Shown here: in pieces, positions 40,559 to 50,225 of the stretch
How the letters are laid out: each line of letters starts with the position of its first letter
Position numbering within the stretch: the stretch's first letter is position 1
Source of the DNA: Nitrosopumilus sp.
Lineage (GTDB): Archaea > Thermoproteota > Nitrososphaeria > Nitrososphaerales > Nitrosopumilaceae
DNA: 64,000 nt
Assembly: GCA_965218695.1 (NCBI GenBank)
Contig: OZ244651.1
Coordinates: 832,001 to 896,000 of the forward strand
Reading direction: 5' to 3'
Notes under the pieces: generated by a model
Told to the model about the DNA's origin: nothing
The model's database searches: none
The model's input: the letters and a program-made list of their open reading frames with translations, nothing else
Made by a program: the position numbers and the translations under genes

Positions 40559-41398
40559 TCACGCCCCTATGGCGCCTGCAAGCTCATCCAGGCGTTCTGT
40601 AATGGCATGCTTTACGGCGTCTGGAATCTTTCTTGGATCAAAGAGTCCCTCCCTGTTCCTGTTCTTGACAAACTCCAGATCAATCATGCACAGGCACCCC
40701 TCCTCGCCTGTCACCAGCCTTGTATCGTCGATTAATACCGGGGTAGTCTGGTATGTCTCGACAAGCAGTGAATCCAGCTCCTCAAAGAGCATGGACTTTC
40801 TGTCCGTAACCTCCTTTAGTTCCGCATCCGTGCTGTGCTCGATCTCGGCATAGACCTTCTCGCGCAGCTCGTCATTTTCATACAACACCTCAAAGAGCCC
40901 CTGGTGATCAAAGTCCTTGCATCCCATCTCCCTTAACTTGTTCAGGACGAGCTGGTCGCTGCTGTCTGAGATCTGCTGCTCCCTGTTCTTTGTCAGATCT
41001 ACTATGCCGGCAAGCTCCTTCTGGCAATCAAGCACACGCTGGACCGGCTTGTAGTATAGCAATACATGGAACTGTATTGACAGGTGCAGTGACATGAGGT
41101 AGTTTCCCACCATCACCCCCGATTTTGTAAAGATTCTACGAATGTCCTCGTTGTTTGATACTGAGACGTCCTGCACGGACCACTCGGCAAGGCAGGCATT
41201 GACTCCCTTGAAGTAGTCTGCCACCTGCTTTGGTTCAAACGTGTTCTGCCTGACTATGGTCGAATCTCCCATCATTACAGTAGTCTCTGACATCCTTGTC
41301 AGATCCGTCATCGTGTCCAGGAACCTCTTCTGAATGAGGTCATTCCTCTGGTTTAGTCCCAGAATGAACTCGTTGGGTGTGCGGTTTCCAAGCCTCAT
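40559..41398 (-). CDS. Conserved hypothetical protein
   Basis: 279-aa protein-like ORF with a TATA-like element upstream. Confidence 0.8.
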   Translation of the reverse strand: MRLGNRTPNEFILGLNQRNDLIQKRFLDTMTDLTRMSETTVMMGDSTIVRQNTFEPKQVADYFKGVNACLAEWSVQDVSVSNNEDIRRIFTKSGVMVGNYLMSLHLSIQFHVLLYYKPVQRVLDCQKELAGIVDLTKNREQQISDSSDQLVLNKLREMGCKDFDHQGLFEVLYENDELREKVYAEIEHSTDAELKEVTDRKSMLFEELDSLLVETYQTTPVLIDDTRLVTGEEGCLCMIDLEFVKNRNREGLFDPRKIPDAVKHAITERLDELAGAIGA

Positions 41399-41575
41399 AA
41401 ATTCTGCTGCATGCTACCTTCCTTAAACCTTCATTAATATCTAAATAGTGCGCCGACAAGCATGAGCATGGATGAGTACACTGCATGCCCGAATCCCACC
41501 TGGATGATTGCTGCCTGTCATGATATATGGAACAGGTCTCTGCATCTCATGACGGATTCCTCATAGGGGTAGAAG

Positions 41576-42385
41576 ATGAGCAGTAAAGACAGGTCCAAAA
41601 AAACAGAAGAGTCAGGCACCAAAAAACAGGGCACCAATGTAGTGGACATGCTTCTGGGCAAGAGCCGGGCAAGAACACTTGACTCTGCCACCATGATTAT
41701 GGAGACGCAAAAGCGTGTCTGGGCGGCACTCAAAAAGGGCTACGAGTACACTGCAGTGGTTGACGAGTCCGAAGACTTTCTGCGGCAAAACGTACTTGCA
41801 AAGCTGGACATGGTGGTATTGTACGTGGACCTTGTAGGTTCTACCAACATGGCACTGGAGATGCCTGCTGAAAAGATTGCAATCATAGTCAGTTCGTTCT
41901 CCCAGGAGATGGCATCTGTCATCAGGCAGCATCATGGATACGTCCTGAAGTTTGTCGGCGATGCCGTCATTGGATACTTTGTCTCCGGGCAGAGCGGATT
42001 GCTGGCAAACGACTACGCGACAAACTGCGCAAAATCCATGATATCCGTAATACGTGACGGGATCAACCCCGTCCTGGACCAGTATGACTATCCGGAATTG
42101 CAGGCCAAGATTGGTGTAGATTTTGGCCAGAACATCGTGGTTCGATACGGCTCCGATCCAAAGCACTCCCATGTGGATCTGATGGGACCTGCCATGAACA
42201 TCGCAGCCAAGATTCAAGGCATGGCACACCCCAACCAGATCCTCATCGGCAACGATGTCTACGAAAGACTGCACCCCACACTCCAGAATCAGTTTGAACG
42301 GATTGTCTGGAGGAATGACGAGTGGAAGTACCGTTCCAGATTGACCGGCGATATCTACCAGGTCTACGGGTTCAAACCACAATAG
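41576..42385 (+). CDS. Class III adenylate/guanylate cyclase
   Basis: YVDLVGST, LKFVGDAV, KIGVDFG, DLMGPAMNIAAKIQ. Confidence 0.92.
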   Translation: MSSKDRSKKTEESGTKKQGTNVVDMLLGKSRARTLDSATMIMETQKRVWAALKKGYEYTAVVDESEDFLRQNVLAKLDMVVLYVDLVGSTNMALEMPAEKIAIIVSSFSQEMASVIRQHHGYVLKFVGDAVIGYFVSGQSGLLANDYATNCAKSMISVIRDGINPVLDQYDYPELQAKIGVDFGQNIVVRYGSDPKHSHVDLMGPAMNIAAKIQGMAHPNQILIGNDVYERLHPTLQNQFERIVWRNDEWKYRSRLTGDIYQVYGFKPQ

Positions 42386-42590
42386 TACGCAGGACCTTCC
42401 CGCCAACCGTGCAGAGTCTTCCTTCTAACATGCTTGTGCCAGTGTGATCTTCTCGAATGGTTCATCTGCCATGGGGGCATGTGCAGAGGCAAAACGGCGT
42501 TCATGGAATGTTGCGGTGAGCCATTGGTGCGTAGACTGATTACCGTATGGTTCTGGCGTGTTGCAGGGGATCTGCTTTTGCGCGTGACTG

Positions 42591-42986
42591 TCAGTAGAGG
42601 ATGTTGGAACCGGAACCGTCTGCTGCAGATTCCTTTTTGAGCATCTTCTTCAACCTTGCGTTCTCCTTTTGCAGCTTGTCGTTTTCAGTCTGGAGCATCT
42701 CAACTGAATTTTTTCTGCTGTATAACGGATGACCGGGAGGAACTATTGAGGAGTTCATGGTAAACAGGCCTGCTGCGTGTTGCTGAAACATATGATGAAA
42801 CTGATAAAGATTGTGACTGATGGATGCTGCATTCCGGGTGAACTGTTCCTTGGTTGGATCCCCGTGCGTCCCAAACATGGGTCTGCCGGCCATCGGAGGA
42901 AGTCTTGGAAACTGCAGAGCTATGTGGGGAATGTCCGGATTCAATCCATATAGGTTCCTCAGGTGACCATCTACATGATTATCCAA
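42591..42986 (-). CDS. Hypothetical protein with C-terminal coiled coil
   Basis: PPGHPLYS...LQTENDKLQKEN. Confidence 0.65.
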   Translation of the reverse strand: MDNHVDGHLRNLYGLNPDIPHIALQFPRLPPMAGRPMFGTHGDPTKEQFTRNAASISHNLYQFHHMFQQHAAGLFTMNSSIVPPGHPLYSRKNSVEMLQTENDKLQKENARLKKMLKKESAADGSGSNILY

Positions 42987-43174
42987 CGGTTCTCTTCAGG
43001 CATCTGCCTTATTTGTGCCTTGCCTTGCCAACAGTCGGCATACCGGTTCTCGGGTCCGTGTCCACAAGTCGGCGGCAAGGAATAAGATGGTGCATGGTGT
43101 CAAGAGGCATATCATTTTTGGAATCTGGCAACGCCGAAGCAGTGGAAAAACCTTATTAATTTCTCATAGAACTC

Positions 43175-43576
43175 TTGAATATGACCCGTTCTGACAATAA
43201 AGAGTGGATTGAGACGATAACCAGATACCGAGAGCAATGCAAGAAGATCCTGAGTCTCTCAAAAAACATCAGATATGTCGGAGTCATGAACATTTACGGC
43301 AGAACCCTGACTGGAGTCATCAAGCCTGATCTAAAACCACTGCTCAAACCGGATCGTGCAAAAGATGAGTTTTTTTTAGTTTCAACATTCTCTGCATTAA
43401 GAAGAAACACCACTGGGGGCATCGGAATGCTCAACCATGCCGTATTCCATCATAGCAAGGTCATAATTGTCGCCATACCACAAAAGGATGTCACCTTTTA
43501 CATCACCATAAACAGACGCGAGAAGGAGCTGGAGAACACTATGGCCCTAATCAAGAAACAGATTAAGAAGGCGTAG
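43175..43576 (+). CDS. Roadblock/longin-like (DUF6659-type) protein
   Basis: C.KIL.....IRYVGV.N..G. Confidence 0.7.
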   Translation: MNMTRSDNKEWIETITRYREQCKKILSLSKNIRYVGVMNIYGRTLTGVIKPDLKPLLKPDRAKDEFFLVSTFSALRRNTTGGIGMLNHAVFHHSKVIIVAIPQKDVTFYITINRREKELENTMALIKKQIKKA

Positions 43577-43633
43577 ACCCAATGCCCGGTCAGTCTGTCT
43601 GCCGGGTGATGTCTTTGAAGGTTGACTCGGGGA

Positions 43634-43917
43634 TTTAGTTTCAACATTCTCCGCATCGGGAAGAAGCACCACGGGGCATCGGAATGATCAGCCATGCCGT
43701 ATTCCATCATAGCAAGGCCATAGTTAGTACCCTGCCACAAAAGGACGCCGCCTCCTACCAGACAATCCAGATGTGGACTCATTCTGGTAAGCCTTCAATG
43801 CAGACAAGACCATGGGGCCTCTTGCCAAGCATCATATCGCCTGAATCACCACTAGATCCTGTCGCGCCGCAATCACGCGTGGGTTATCTGTTCTACATCA
43901 CCATAAACAAACATTAG
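43634..43917 (+). pseudogene. Degenerate partial duplicate of the 3' half of the gene at 43175-43576, split by a 132-bp insertion
   Basis: 43634-43758 aligns to 43375-43501 (20 substitutions, 2-nt deletion); homology resumes at 43891 (tacatcaccataaaca). Confidence 0.85.
43759..43890. mobile_element. 132-bp MITE-like insertion
   Basis: Ends cagacaatcca / tgggttatctg (9/11 inverted match); flanks tcctac / ttctac (6-bp TSD with 1 mismatch). Confidence 0.65.
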
Positions 43918-43956
43918 AAAAACTGGGGAGTGTTGTCGTCCTAATTGAAAAACATA

Positions 43957-44367
43957 TCAAACAGGAGTAAACCCGTGATACCCGCCTGTCTGCTGGTCCT
44001 TGTTTTTGAAGGTTGGCTCAAAGAGGGATATCAGGTAGCCATCAGGATCCATGGCGATTGCAAACTTTTTGTTGCTGTCGTCTACAACATCTCTGTGAAG
44101 CCGAACCCCTTTTGCAGTCAGCTCCTCAATTGCAGACTTTACGTCGCCTACAAGAAAGCCAATTGCGATTCCTTCCTCAATGGATTTGTTTGTAGGCTGT
44201 GGCTGTGATGCAAGATGCAGACTCAGTAGAGGCCCGGACGTACCCAAGTCAATCCATGATTCCCCACGCTCTTTAATTGGGAGTCCGATAAAATCATGAT
44301 AAAACTGCAGAGATCGATCCATGTCCTGCACTGCAAGCATTACGTTTCCGATCTTCTTGATATTCAC
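43957..44367 (-). CDS. VOC/glyoxalase-family protein
   Basis: V.DMDRS..FY...IGL, F.V.DV, DPDG..I. Confidence 0.9.
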   Translation of the reverse strand: MNIKKIGNVMLAVQDMDRSLQFYHDFIGLPIKERGESWIDLGTSGPLLSLHLASQPQPTNKSIEEGIAIGFLVGDVKSAIEELTAKGVRLHRDVVDDSNKKFAIAMDPDGYLISLFEPTFKNKDQQTGGYHGFTPV

Positions 44368-44401
44368 AGGGTTTCTATTTCAAAGCTCCTTAAATCCATT
44401 T

Positions 44402-44620
44402 TCATTGAACCTCGACCATCGTCTCGGTTCGCAACACTCCGTTGATGTTCTGGATCTGGTTGGCCGCGTCCTTTATCTCTACTAGTTTCTCGACGTTGAT
44501 TATGGCGACTGCATCAAACTGTCCGCTGGTGGGAAATGACTCCGTGACTGATGTTACCTTGCGAAGCCGTGCCGCTATGAGTTTTTTGGGAGATTTTACC
44601 AAAATTATCGCCCTCACCAT
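44402..44620 (-). CDS. Lrp/AsnC ligand-binding (RAM) domain protein
   Basis: SGQFDAVA, I..I.GV..TET. Confidence 0.85.
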   Translation of the reverse strand: MVRAIILVKSPKKLIAARLRKVTSVTESFPTSGQFDAVAIINVEKLVEIKDAANQIQNINGVLRTETMVEVQ

Positions 44621-44853
44621 CCCAGATTCACCTCCACTTCGATCAGCGTTTCGGTAGTAACAATGTCCTTGATCTTTTTAAAGTCAATGACCATGCTGTT
44701 GATCTCATTGATGTTACCCTGCATGAGCACGCTGATGTCTGCCCTGCCGGTAACTATCATTATCTGCTTGATTATCTTGCGTTTCTTTCTTAGTATCAGC
44801 ACGGCAGAATCAACCTTGCCTGGCTGCACAGTTATCAAACATAGTGCACGCAT
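44614..44853 (-). CDS. Lrp/AsnC ligand-binding (RAM) domain protein
   Basis: MRALCLITVQPGK...VTGRADI...TTETLI. Confidence 0.85.
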   Translation of the reverse strand: MRALCLITVQPGKVDSAVLILRKKRKIIKQIMIVTGRADISVLMQGNINEINSMVIDFKKIKDIVTTETLIEVEVNLGW

Positions 44854-45084
44854 ACATGTCATATACCGATGTGACGGATAAGTATTTCCTGGAAATTGTG
44901 ACAAAAAAAAGCAGCCTCCGGATCCGTTCACGCCCTTGCTCAGACGAACGGACACCTCCCTGCACCGGTAGCATCTGGCATCCCATGCTTGATGAGGATG
45001 TGACCCCTGCAGGGAACCAACAAAGCAGATGTCTGGAGACAATTCCTGCAGGAGTTGAGACTGGCTAATTAAGATCGTTTCAGC

Positions 45085-45290
45085 CTGCGGATACTGCCAA
45101 GACCATCACCAGACGCACCAAGGCGTGCCCAAAATGTCGGGTCAACTACCCCACAGGGGTGCGTACCCTGCCCAGAAGAGTCCGGCAGACGGCTACAGGC
45201 ATGGTGTAGGAACTCGATGTCAGCCAGTACCACGTCACATGCAGCCAATGTGATCACGCGGATAAGAGATTACAAAGTCAGCCAAACCCC
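45085..45290 (+). pseudogene. Probable IS66 transposase zinc-finger remnant
   Basis: TKACPKCRV...RRVRQ...*ELDVSQYHVTCSQCDH, similar in spacing to the IS66 zinc finger, with an internal stop. Confidence 0.45.
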
Positions 45291-45425
45291 GTCTGTGTGG
45301 CATGCAGACTGACCCAATCTTTGAAAATACGTGCAATTTTTGTCCAAACGGCTGCAAAATAATGGACGCGTCATGCATTCAGGTTGTAATTTGCCTACGC
45401 CACCCGATCATGGAACAGTTCCAGT

Positions 45426-45719
45426 CTAGTCAAATGCCTCTTGAGATCTTGCCTCTTCAAGATATGCCCTTCTTTCCTCGTTTATCTTCTCCTGATCAAT
45501 CTGTATGTCGTCATCAACTATGACGATCCCCATATCGTCAGCCGGCGTCCTCGTAGCACGCCTTGGTTCCGGCGTGGATTTTACCGTTCCACCTTCCTTC
45601 TCCCTATCAGGCATGGATTCTGCAGCTGAAGATGAGTCATTCTCAGGTGCGATTTCCTTAGTTTCAGGCTGATCCCTCTCTGCGACTTTCTTCTTTGTAG
45701 GCTTTTTTTCAGTTACCAA
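45426..45719 (-). CDS. Low-complexity hypothetical protein
   Basis: C-terminus IDQEKINEERRAYLEEARSQEAFD; likely TTG start at 45719. Confidence 0.7.
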   Translation of the reverse strand: MVTEKKPTKKKVAERDQPETKEIAPENDSSSAAESMPDREKEGGTVKSTPEPRRATRTPADDMGIVIVDDDIQIDQEKINEERRAYLEEARSQEAFD

Positions 45720-45765
45720 TGTCGAAAAATAGGGGCTGAGCTTATTTTTAAATATTGTGTATTTC

Positions 45766-47128
45766 AACTTTGTTTCCTAATTATCTTCAACCACGCCTAA
45801 CTCTTCCAGAGTCATGTCAGTCAGTCAGCCCAGACGAATTTGAATACCGTGTCAAACACTTTCAATAGAAAACTGTATTGATCAGAGAGGCGTGCAGACA
45901 GTCAGGCCAACAACCATGACTGAAAACACGCCATCTCCAGACAAGACGGGCACGCATGACGCTAAAAAATCTTTCAAATCAGAAGGGCGCAGGTTCCGGT
46001 ACGATGACCGCAGGTACATAGACCGCGGTCAGCTGTGGTCCCTCCAGATAAACCAGGAGATCCTGACGCGGGACGTGGAGAAGCTAAACAGCGGAAAGGT
46101 CGGCCACCCGTACGTGTTCTCAAACGCGTGCTTTGCAGCAGCGTTCCTGTTCAGGAATGCCACCGGCATCAGGTACAGGCAGCTCCAGGGCCTGGCAGAG
46201 ACCGTGGTTGGCAAGGAAAACTCACCCACGTACTCGGCATTCCAGAAGAGGATTGCCAAGCTTGGCTGCACCTTTGACGAGAAGGGTGCCGGCAACACGA
46301 CTTCGGTGTGGTTTTCAGACGGCGGCGCCAGAACAGAGATCAGCCTGTTTGCATTTGACTCCACGGGGCTCAAGCCCACAAACCGCGGCGACTGGATGAC
46401 GGCAAAGTGGGGGACCCGGCGCGGGTTCATAAAGATGCACGTCGGCGTGGACGCCAAGACCAAAAAGATCTACGCCGTGGCAATCACTGACGACAGGTGC
46501 GGGGACTCTCCGCAGTTTGAGGAACTGGTGGAGCAGGCCTTTGCAAACGCAGAAAAATCACCAAGCGCAGACACGTCTGCAGGCACCAGGGTGGCAGCCG
46601 ACGGCGCGTACGACGCCAGGAAGATCCACAGGTACTGTGACGATCGCGGCATCTCCCCGCTGATTCCAGTCCGCATAAACTTTGCCGGAAAGGCAAAAGG
46701 GTGCATGCCCCGCAAGAAGGCCGGATTCGAACAGCTTGGGGGGATGGACCACATTGACAAGACGGCCGAGCGCGAGTTTGCCGGCCTTTCGCGTGAACAG
46801 AAAAGGGAATTCCAGAAGGCGTGGCGCGAGGAGTCCGGGTACAACCAGCGGTGGTCAGCCGAGATTACATTCTCCACGTTCAAGCGGGTGTTGGGCGAGT
46901 GCATAAGCGCCCGAAAATGGGAGAACGTCAAGGCCGAGATATACGGAAAGGTGCAGCTGTACAACCAGATGATCGATACTGCCATTGACAACGGGTACGG
47001 CACGCCAAGGATCGTACAAGTCTACAGACCCGAATCAAGGACGGCAGGAAATGGAGGGGATGCAGGACGATGACATAGGCAGTATTGTACAGACGGGTGT
47101 CTCTGGTTCATAATTAGGAAACAAAGTT
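45766..47128 (+). mobile_element. IS5-family (IS903-like) element, copy 2, apparently identical to copy 1 and inverted
   Basis: Same TIRs, same 1363-bp length and identical 393-aa protein; flanking duplication gtatttc (7 bp). Confidence 0.95.
45892..47073 (+). CDS. IS5-family transposase
   Basis: Identical translation to 35888-37069. Confidence 0.95.
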   Translation: MQTVRPTTMTENTPSPDKTGTHDAKKSFKSEGRRFRYDDRRYIDRGQLWSLQINQEILTRDVEKLNSGKVGHPYVFSNACFAAAFLFRNATGIRYRQLQGLAETVVGKENSPTYSAFQKRIAKLGCTFDEKGAGNTTSVWFSDGGARTEISLFAFDSTGLKPTNRGDWMTAKWGTRRGFIKMHVGVDAKTKKIYAVAITDDRCGDSPQFEELVEQAFANAEKSPSADTSAGTRVAADGAYDARKIHRYCDDRGISPLIPVRINFAGKAKGCMPRKKAGFEQLGGMDHIDKTAEREFAGLSREQKREFQKAWREESGYNQRWSAEITFSTFKRVLGECISARKWENVKAEIYGKVQLYNQMIDTAIDNGYGTPRIVQVYRPESRTAGNGGDAGR

Positions 47129-47137
47129 GTATTTCTG

Positions 47138-48314
47138 GAGGTTGGTGCGTAATTCTTCTGACCGCCTAGTCTAGTCCGATACGTTCAATGATCCCATGAT
47201 CGCCCGCACGCGATAATGATCAAACACAACAGACGGGAAAGATACTGGCAGTACTACGAACTTGCAAACGAAGTCGAGGCATCCCACCTGAGGAGGACGC
47301 TGATTGAAATGATTCTTGAGAACCCCTGCCCGCGCTCCGAAAACGACAACAGGGGCCGTCCTCGGATTCACTCCAAGGACAAGCTGGATTTTGCCTGCCT
47401 GCCTGCCTGCTGATGAGGGCATACAACAACACCTTCCGCAGGATCGAGTCAGACCTGCACGACATGCGGACTCCCTGGGACGGCGAACCCGTGCCGGATC
47501 ACACCACGATAGTCAGGCACCTCCAGATCATCCCGCCAGACTGGATGGATTTGGTGCTGGCCGAGACTGCTCGCCGATGCATCGCCGGGGCGTCCGGGGC
47601 AACCGGACCGCTGGCTGCAGACAGCAGCGGAGTGGAGACTACCCGGTACGAGGACATCGAAAAACCCTGCAAAAGGGAGCGCGATTTCGTCGAGATGCGC
47701 CAAAAGGCCTACTGGAAATACCACGTAACGGCCATCATGGGGCTACAGATCGTGCTGGCCGCGTTTGGCACGCCTGGCAACGTCAACGACGTCACGATGC
47801 TGCCAGTCATGCTGGCAGAGATCAGGCGCCGCGGGTATGACTTTTCGGGGCGCGTCTTTGATGCGGACCGCGGGTATGACGCCGACTACAACTTCAAGGA
47901 GCTGTTCTGGATGGGCATGACGCCCAACATCAAGCAGAGAAAGGACGCCGTCAGCAGGGGCAAGCCAAGCAGGAAGAAGGCAGCCGGGCTGTTTGACTCG
48001 CACGAGTACAGGACAAGAGCCCTGGTGGAAGGCATATTCGGGGCCGAGGAGAGCCGGCGGCACCAGCTTCACTGCAGGTTCGTGCGCGAAGACAATCGGC
48101 GCCGGTTTGCCAAGGGACGAGCAATCTCATGGAACATCCGGATCCTCAACCGGTTTGAGTGTGCCTGCCGGCTAAATATACCGATACCGTCCTACGGCGG
48201 TTCGGCTCGCACGGAGTGCGCCTGATGATCCAACCCGTCCGTATCTGACCCCGTCCGTGAGAATGCGGCGGGAAATATTCAGATTAGGACATATCGGAAT
48301 TATGCACCAACCTC
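47138..48314 (+). mobile_element. IS5-like DDE element, 1177 bp
   Basis: TIR gaggttggtgcgtaattc / gaattatgcaccaacctc; 9-bp TSD gtatttctg (47129-47137, 48315-48323). Confidence 0.92.
47216..48225 (+). pseudogene. DDE transposase frameshifted within a (GCCT)4 tract
   Basis: ORFs 47216-47413 and 47413-48225; ADSSG, YWKYH, DADRGYD, RALVEGIFG motifs. Confidence 0.88.
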
Positions 48315-48324
48315 GTATTTCTGT

Positions 48325-49140
48325 GGATTGTCGCGTAAATCAATCAAGTCATAATCTGCCTTGTCCTTGGGTTCCGTCTGACGTGGACTGCATTCGTTGT
48401 GGCTTTTTTCGTGTCATGCATAGGCTACCTTGACTCCCAAATCTGCGGTATGCTCCAGCCTGTTGAGGACCTCGATGTTCCAGTCTATCGCCTTTAGCAG
48501 CCCGAACCTTCTCTGGTTCACGCCCATGCGGAATCTGCAGTACAGCTGATGGTGTTCTGTCTCCTCGGCTCCGAATATTCCCTCGATCATCCCGCGTTGT
48601 TTGTAGAGGATGGCATCGAACAATTTGGCTGCCTTTTTCCGATGTTTTTTGCCCCTGCTCTTTGCGTTCTTTCTCTGCTTGATGTTGGGAACCATGTCAA
48701 GTGTAAAGACTGCCTCGCAGTTGCTGTCAGAGCCGTATCCCTTGTCGGCGTTAAGCCTCCACCCGTCAAAGATTACCTTCATTCTGGCAATGCGGTTCAG
48801 CATCGTCTTGAGCACGACCATGTCCGTCGTGCGGTTGGACGTGATCCTGCAGGACAGTATGATCTGCAGTCCGACTACCGCCGTCACATGCCACTTGACG
48901 TACCGGTTTACCCTTTTTGGGGCGAATTCGTGCCTGATTTTGTCCGGCCTGTCGGCGGTTTCGTACCTGTCCGTCTCCACCCCGGTGCTGTCTGCGGCCA
49001 GCATCCCTTCTGTCGTACCGGCCGCATCCATGCATTGGCACGCAGCCTCCCTCAGGATTCGTTCCAGCCACCAGATTGGAATCGTCTCAAGGAATCGCGC
49101 TATCGTTGAGTGGTCCGGATACCCACGTGTCACAGGCTGC
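48325..49140 (-). mobile_element. 5'-truncated IS5-like element with transposase fragment (ORF 48414-49133)
   Basis: PDHSTI, ADSTG, VKWH, NADKGY, RGMIEGIFG; paralogue of 47413-48225 lacking the N-terminus. Boundaries approximate. Confidence 0.8.
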
Positions 49141-49147
49141 TTATAAA

Positions 49148-49175
49148 TTGGATAAATTATCCAAGAGCTTAAATA
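49148..49175 (+). promoter_or_regulatory. Perfect palindrome TTGGATAA-A-TTATCCAA adjoining the TATA box (cttaaata) of cbtB
   Basis: The 49148-49164 inverted repeat lies over the BRE position; TATA at 49168-49175 is about 25 nt before ATG 49198. Confidence 0.7.
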
Positions 49176-49197
49176 GATTCATCAAACGTTAACATTC

Positions 49198-49410
49198 ATG
49201 TCTACAACAAGACAGACTCACGTGTCCAGACCAATCCCAAAACTGGCAGTGTTCGTATTGGCTGTAATCTTTGCCACAGGAATGTTCATTGTAGGGTTTG
49301 ATCAGGGACACATATTCAGTCTGGTTTATGGTGAGCAGGCATTTGTTGATCTTTACATACATGAGCTTACCCATGACATGAGACACACAGCCGGCTTTCC
49401 CTGTCACTAG
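49198..49410 (+). CDS. cbtB: Cobalt transporter subunit CbtB
   Basis: TM plus HELTHDMRHTAGFPCH. Confidence 0.92.
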   Translation: MSTTRQTHVSRPIPKLAVFVLAVIFATGMFIVGFDQGHIFSLVYGEQAFVDLYIHELTHDMRHTAGFPCH

Positions 49411-49422
49411 GAGCATGCCATC

Positions 49423-50154
49423 ATGAGAACATCTCTTTTTATACTAATAGTCTTAGCGTCCGGAGCATTTGCCGGACTTTTATACGGGGTTACAAACCTT
49501 GCAGTAGTTGAGCCGTATCTTGACGAGGCAATCGAGATCGAAAACCAGGCCCTGTTTGCCTCCGGCCAGATATCTGATGCGGATCAGTTCCAGATAGAGT
49601 ACGAAAGTTACAGGCTCTGGCAGAAGGGCGGCCAGGTTCTTGCAGGGGTGATATATGGGATCTCGGTAGGCGCACTGTTTGGAATCGTGTTTGTCCTGTC
49701 CAGACGATCCCTTCCAGGGAGAAATGATCTGATGAGATCCGTAATCCTGGCAGGCATCATGTGGACTGCGCTGTATGTGGTGCCATTCCTAAAGTATCCG
49801 CCGGGCCTTCCGGGTACTGGAGACGGCGAGACCCTGCTTGTCCGATCTGTCCTGTACCTATCTGTCATTGGGATCTCCGGATTCGGGGCACTTGGCTTCT
49901 ACCGGCTGTCAAGACGGTTTGAGGGAAACAGAAAGATTGCATCCCTTGCAGGCTATGTGATTCTGATTGCCGTGACCTTTCTTGTAATGCCTGAGGATGC
50001 TGTCGGGACTGATTCCCCTACGGACCTACTCAGCGGCTTCCAGACTGCGTCATTCCTTACAGCTACTGCCTTTTGGGCGTCTGTGGGGGTCATTACGGGA
50101 CTGTTTTGGATCCGGCTCCTACCCGATGCCCAGAGAACCCGGCAGTATGAATAG
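49423..50154 (+). CDS. cbtA: Cobalt transporter subunit CbtA
   Basis: VEPYLDEAIEIE, VPFLKYPP..P..G; multiple TM. Confidence 0.92.
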   Translation: MRTSLFILIVLASGAFAGLLYGVTNLAVVEPYLDEAIEIENQALFASGQISDADQFQIEYESYRLWQKGGQVLAGVIYGISVGALFGIVFVLSRRSLPGRNDLMRSVILAGIMWTALYVVPFLKYPPGLPGTGDGETLLVRSVLYLSVIGISGFGALGFYRLSRRFEGNRKIASLAGYVILIAVTFLVMPEDAVGTDSPTDLLSGFQTASFLTATAFWASVGVITGLFWIRLLPDAQRTRQYE

Positions 50155-50225
50155 CTGTTCCAAGAATATAGAATGAGAATGAAAACATCTCGTTTAAATA
50201 TGCCAAATTGATCCCTACTATCTGT

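Noticed and set aside
43375-43917. Gene plus downstream diverged copy as a DGR VR/TR pair
   Set aside because: Differences are not confined to template adenines (many T/C changes and an indel), and there is no reverse transcriptase in the window.
45141-45160. gtcaactacccc, resembling the 5' end of HEARO/omegaRNA of IscB elements
   Set aside because: No matching gttgac stem partner or IscB ORF follows; it falls inside an IS66-like zinc-finger relic.
37205-45758. Completed inversion between the IS903-like copies
   Set aside because: Each copy retains its own matching flanking duplication.
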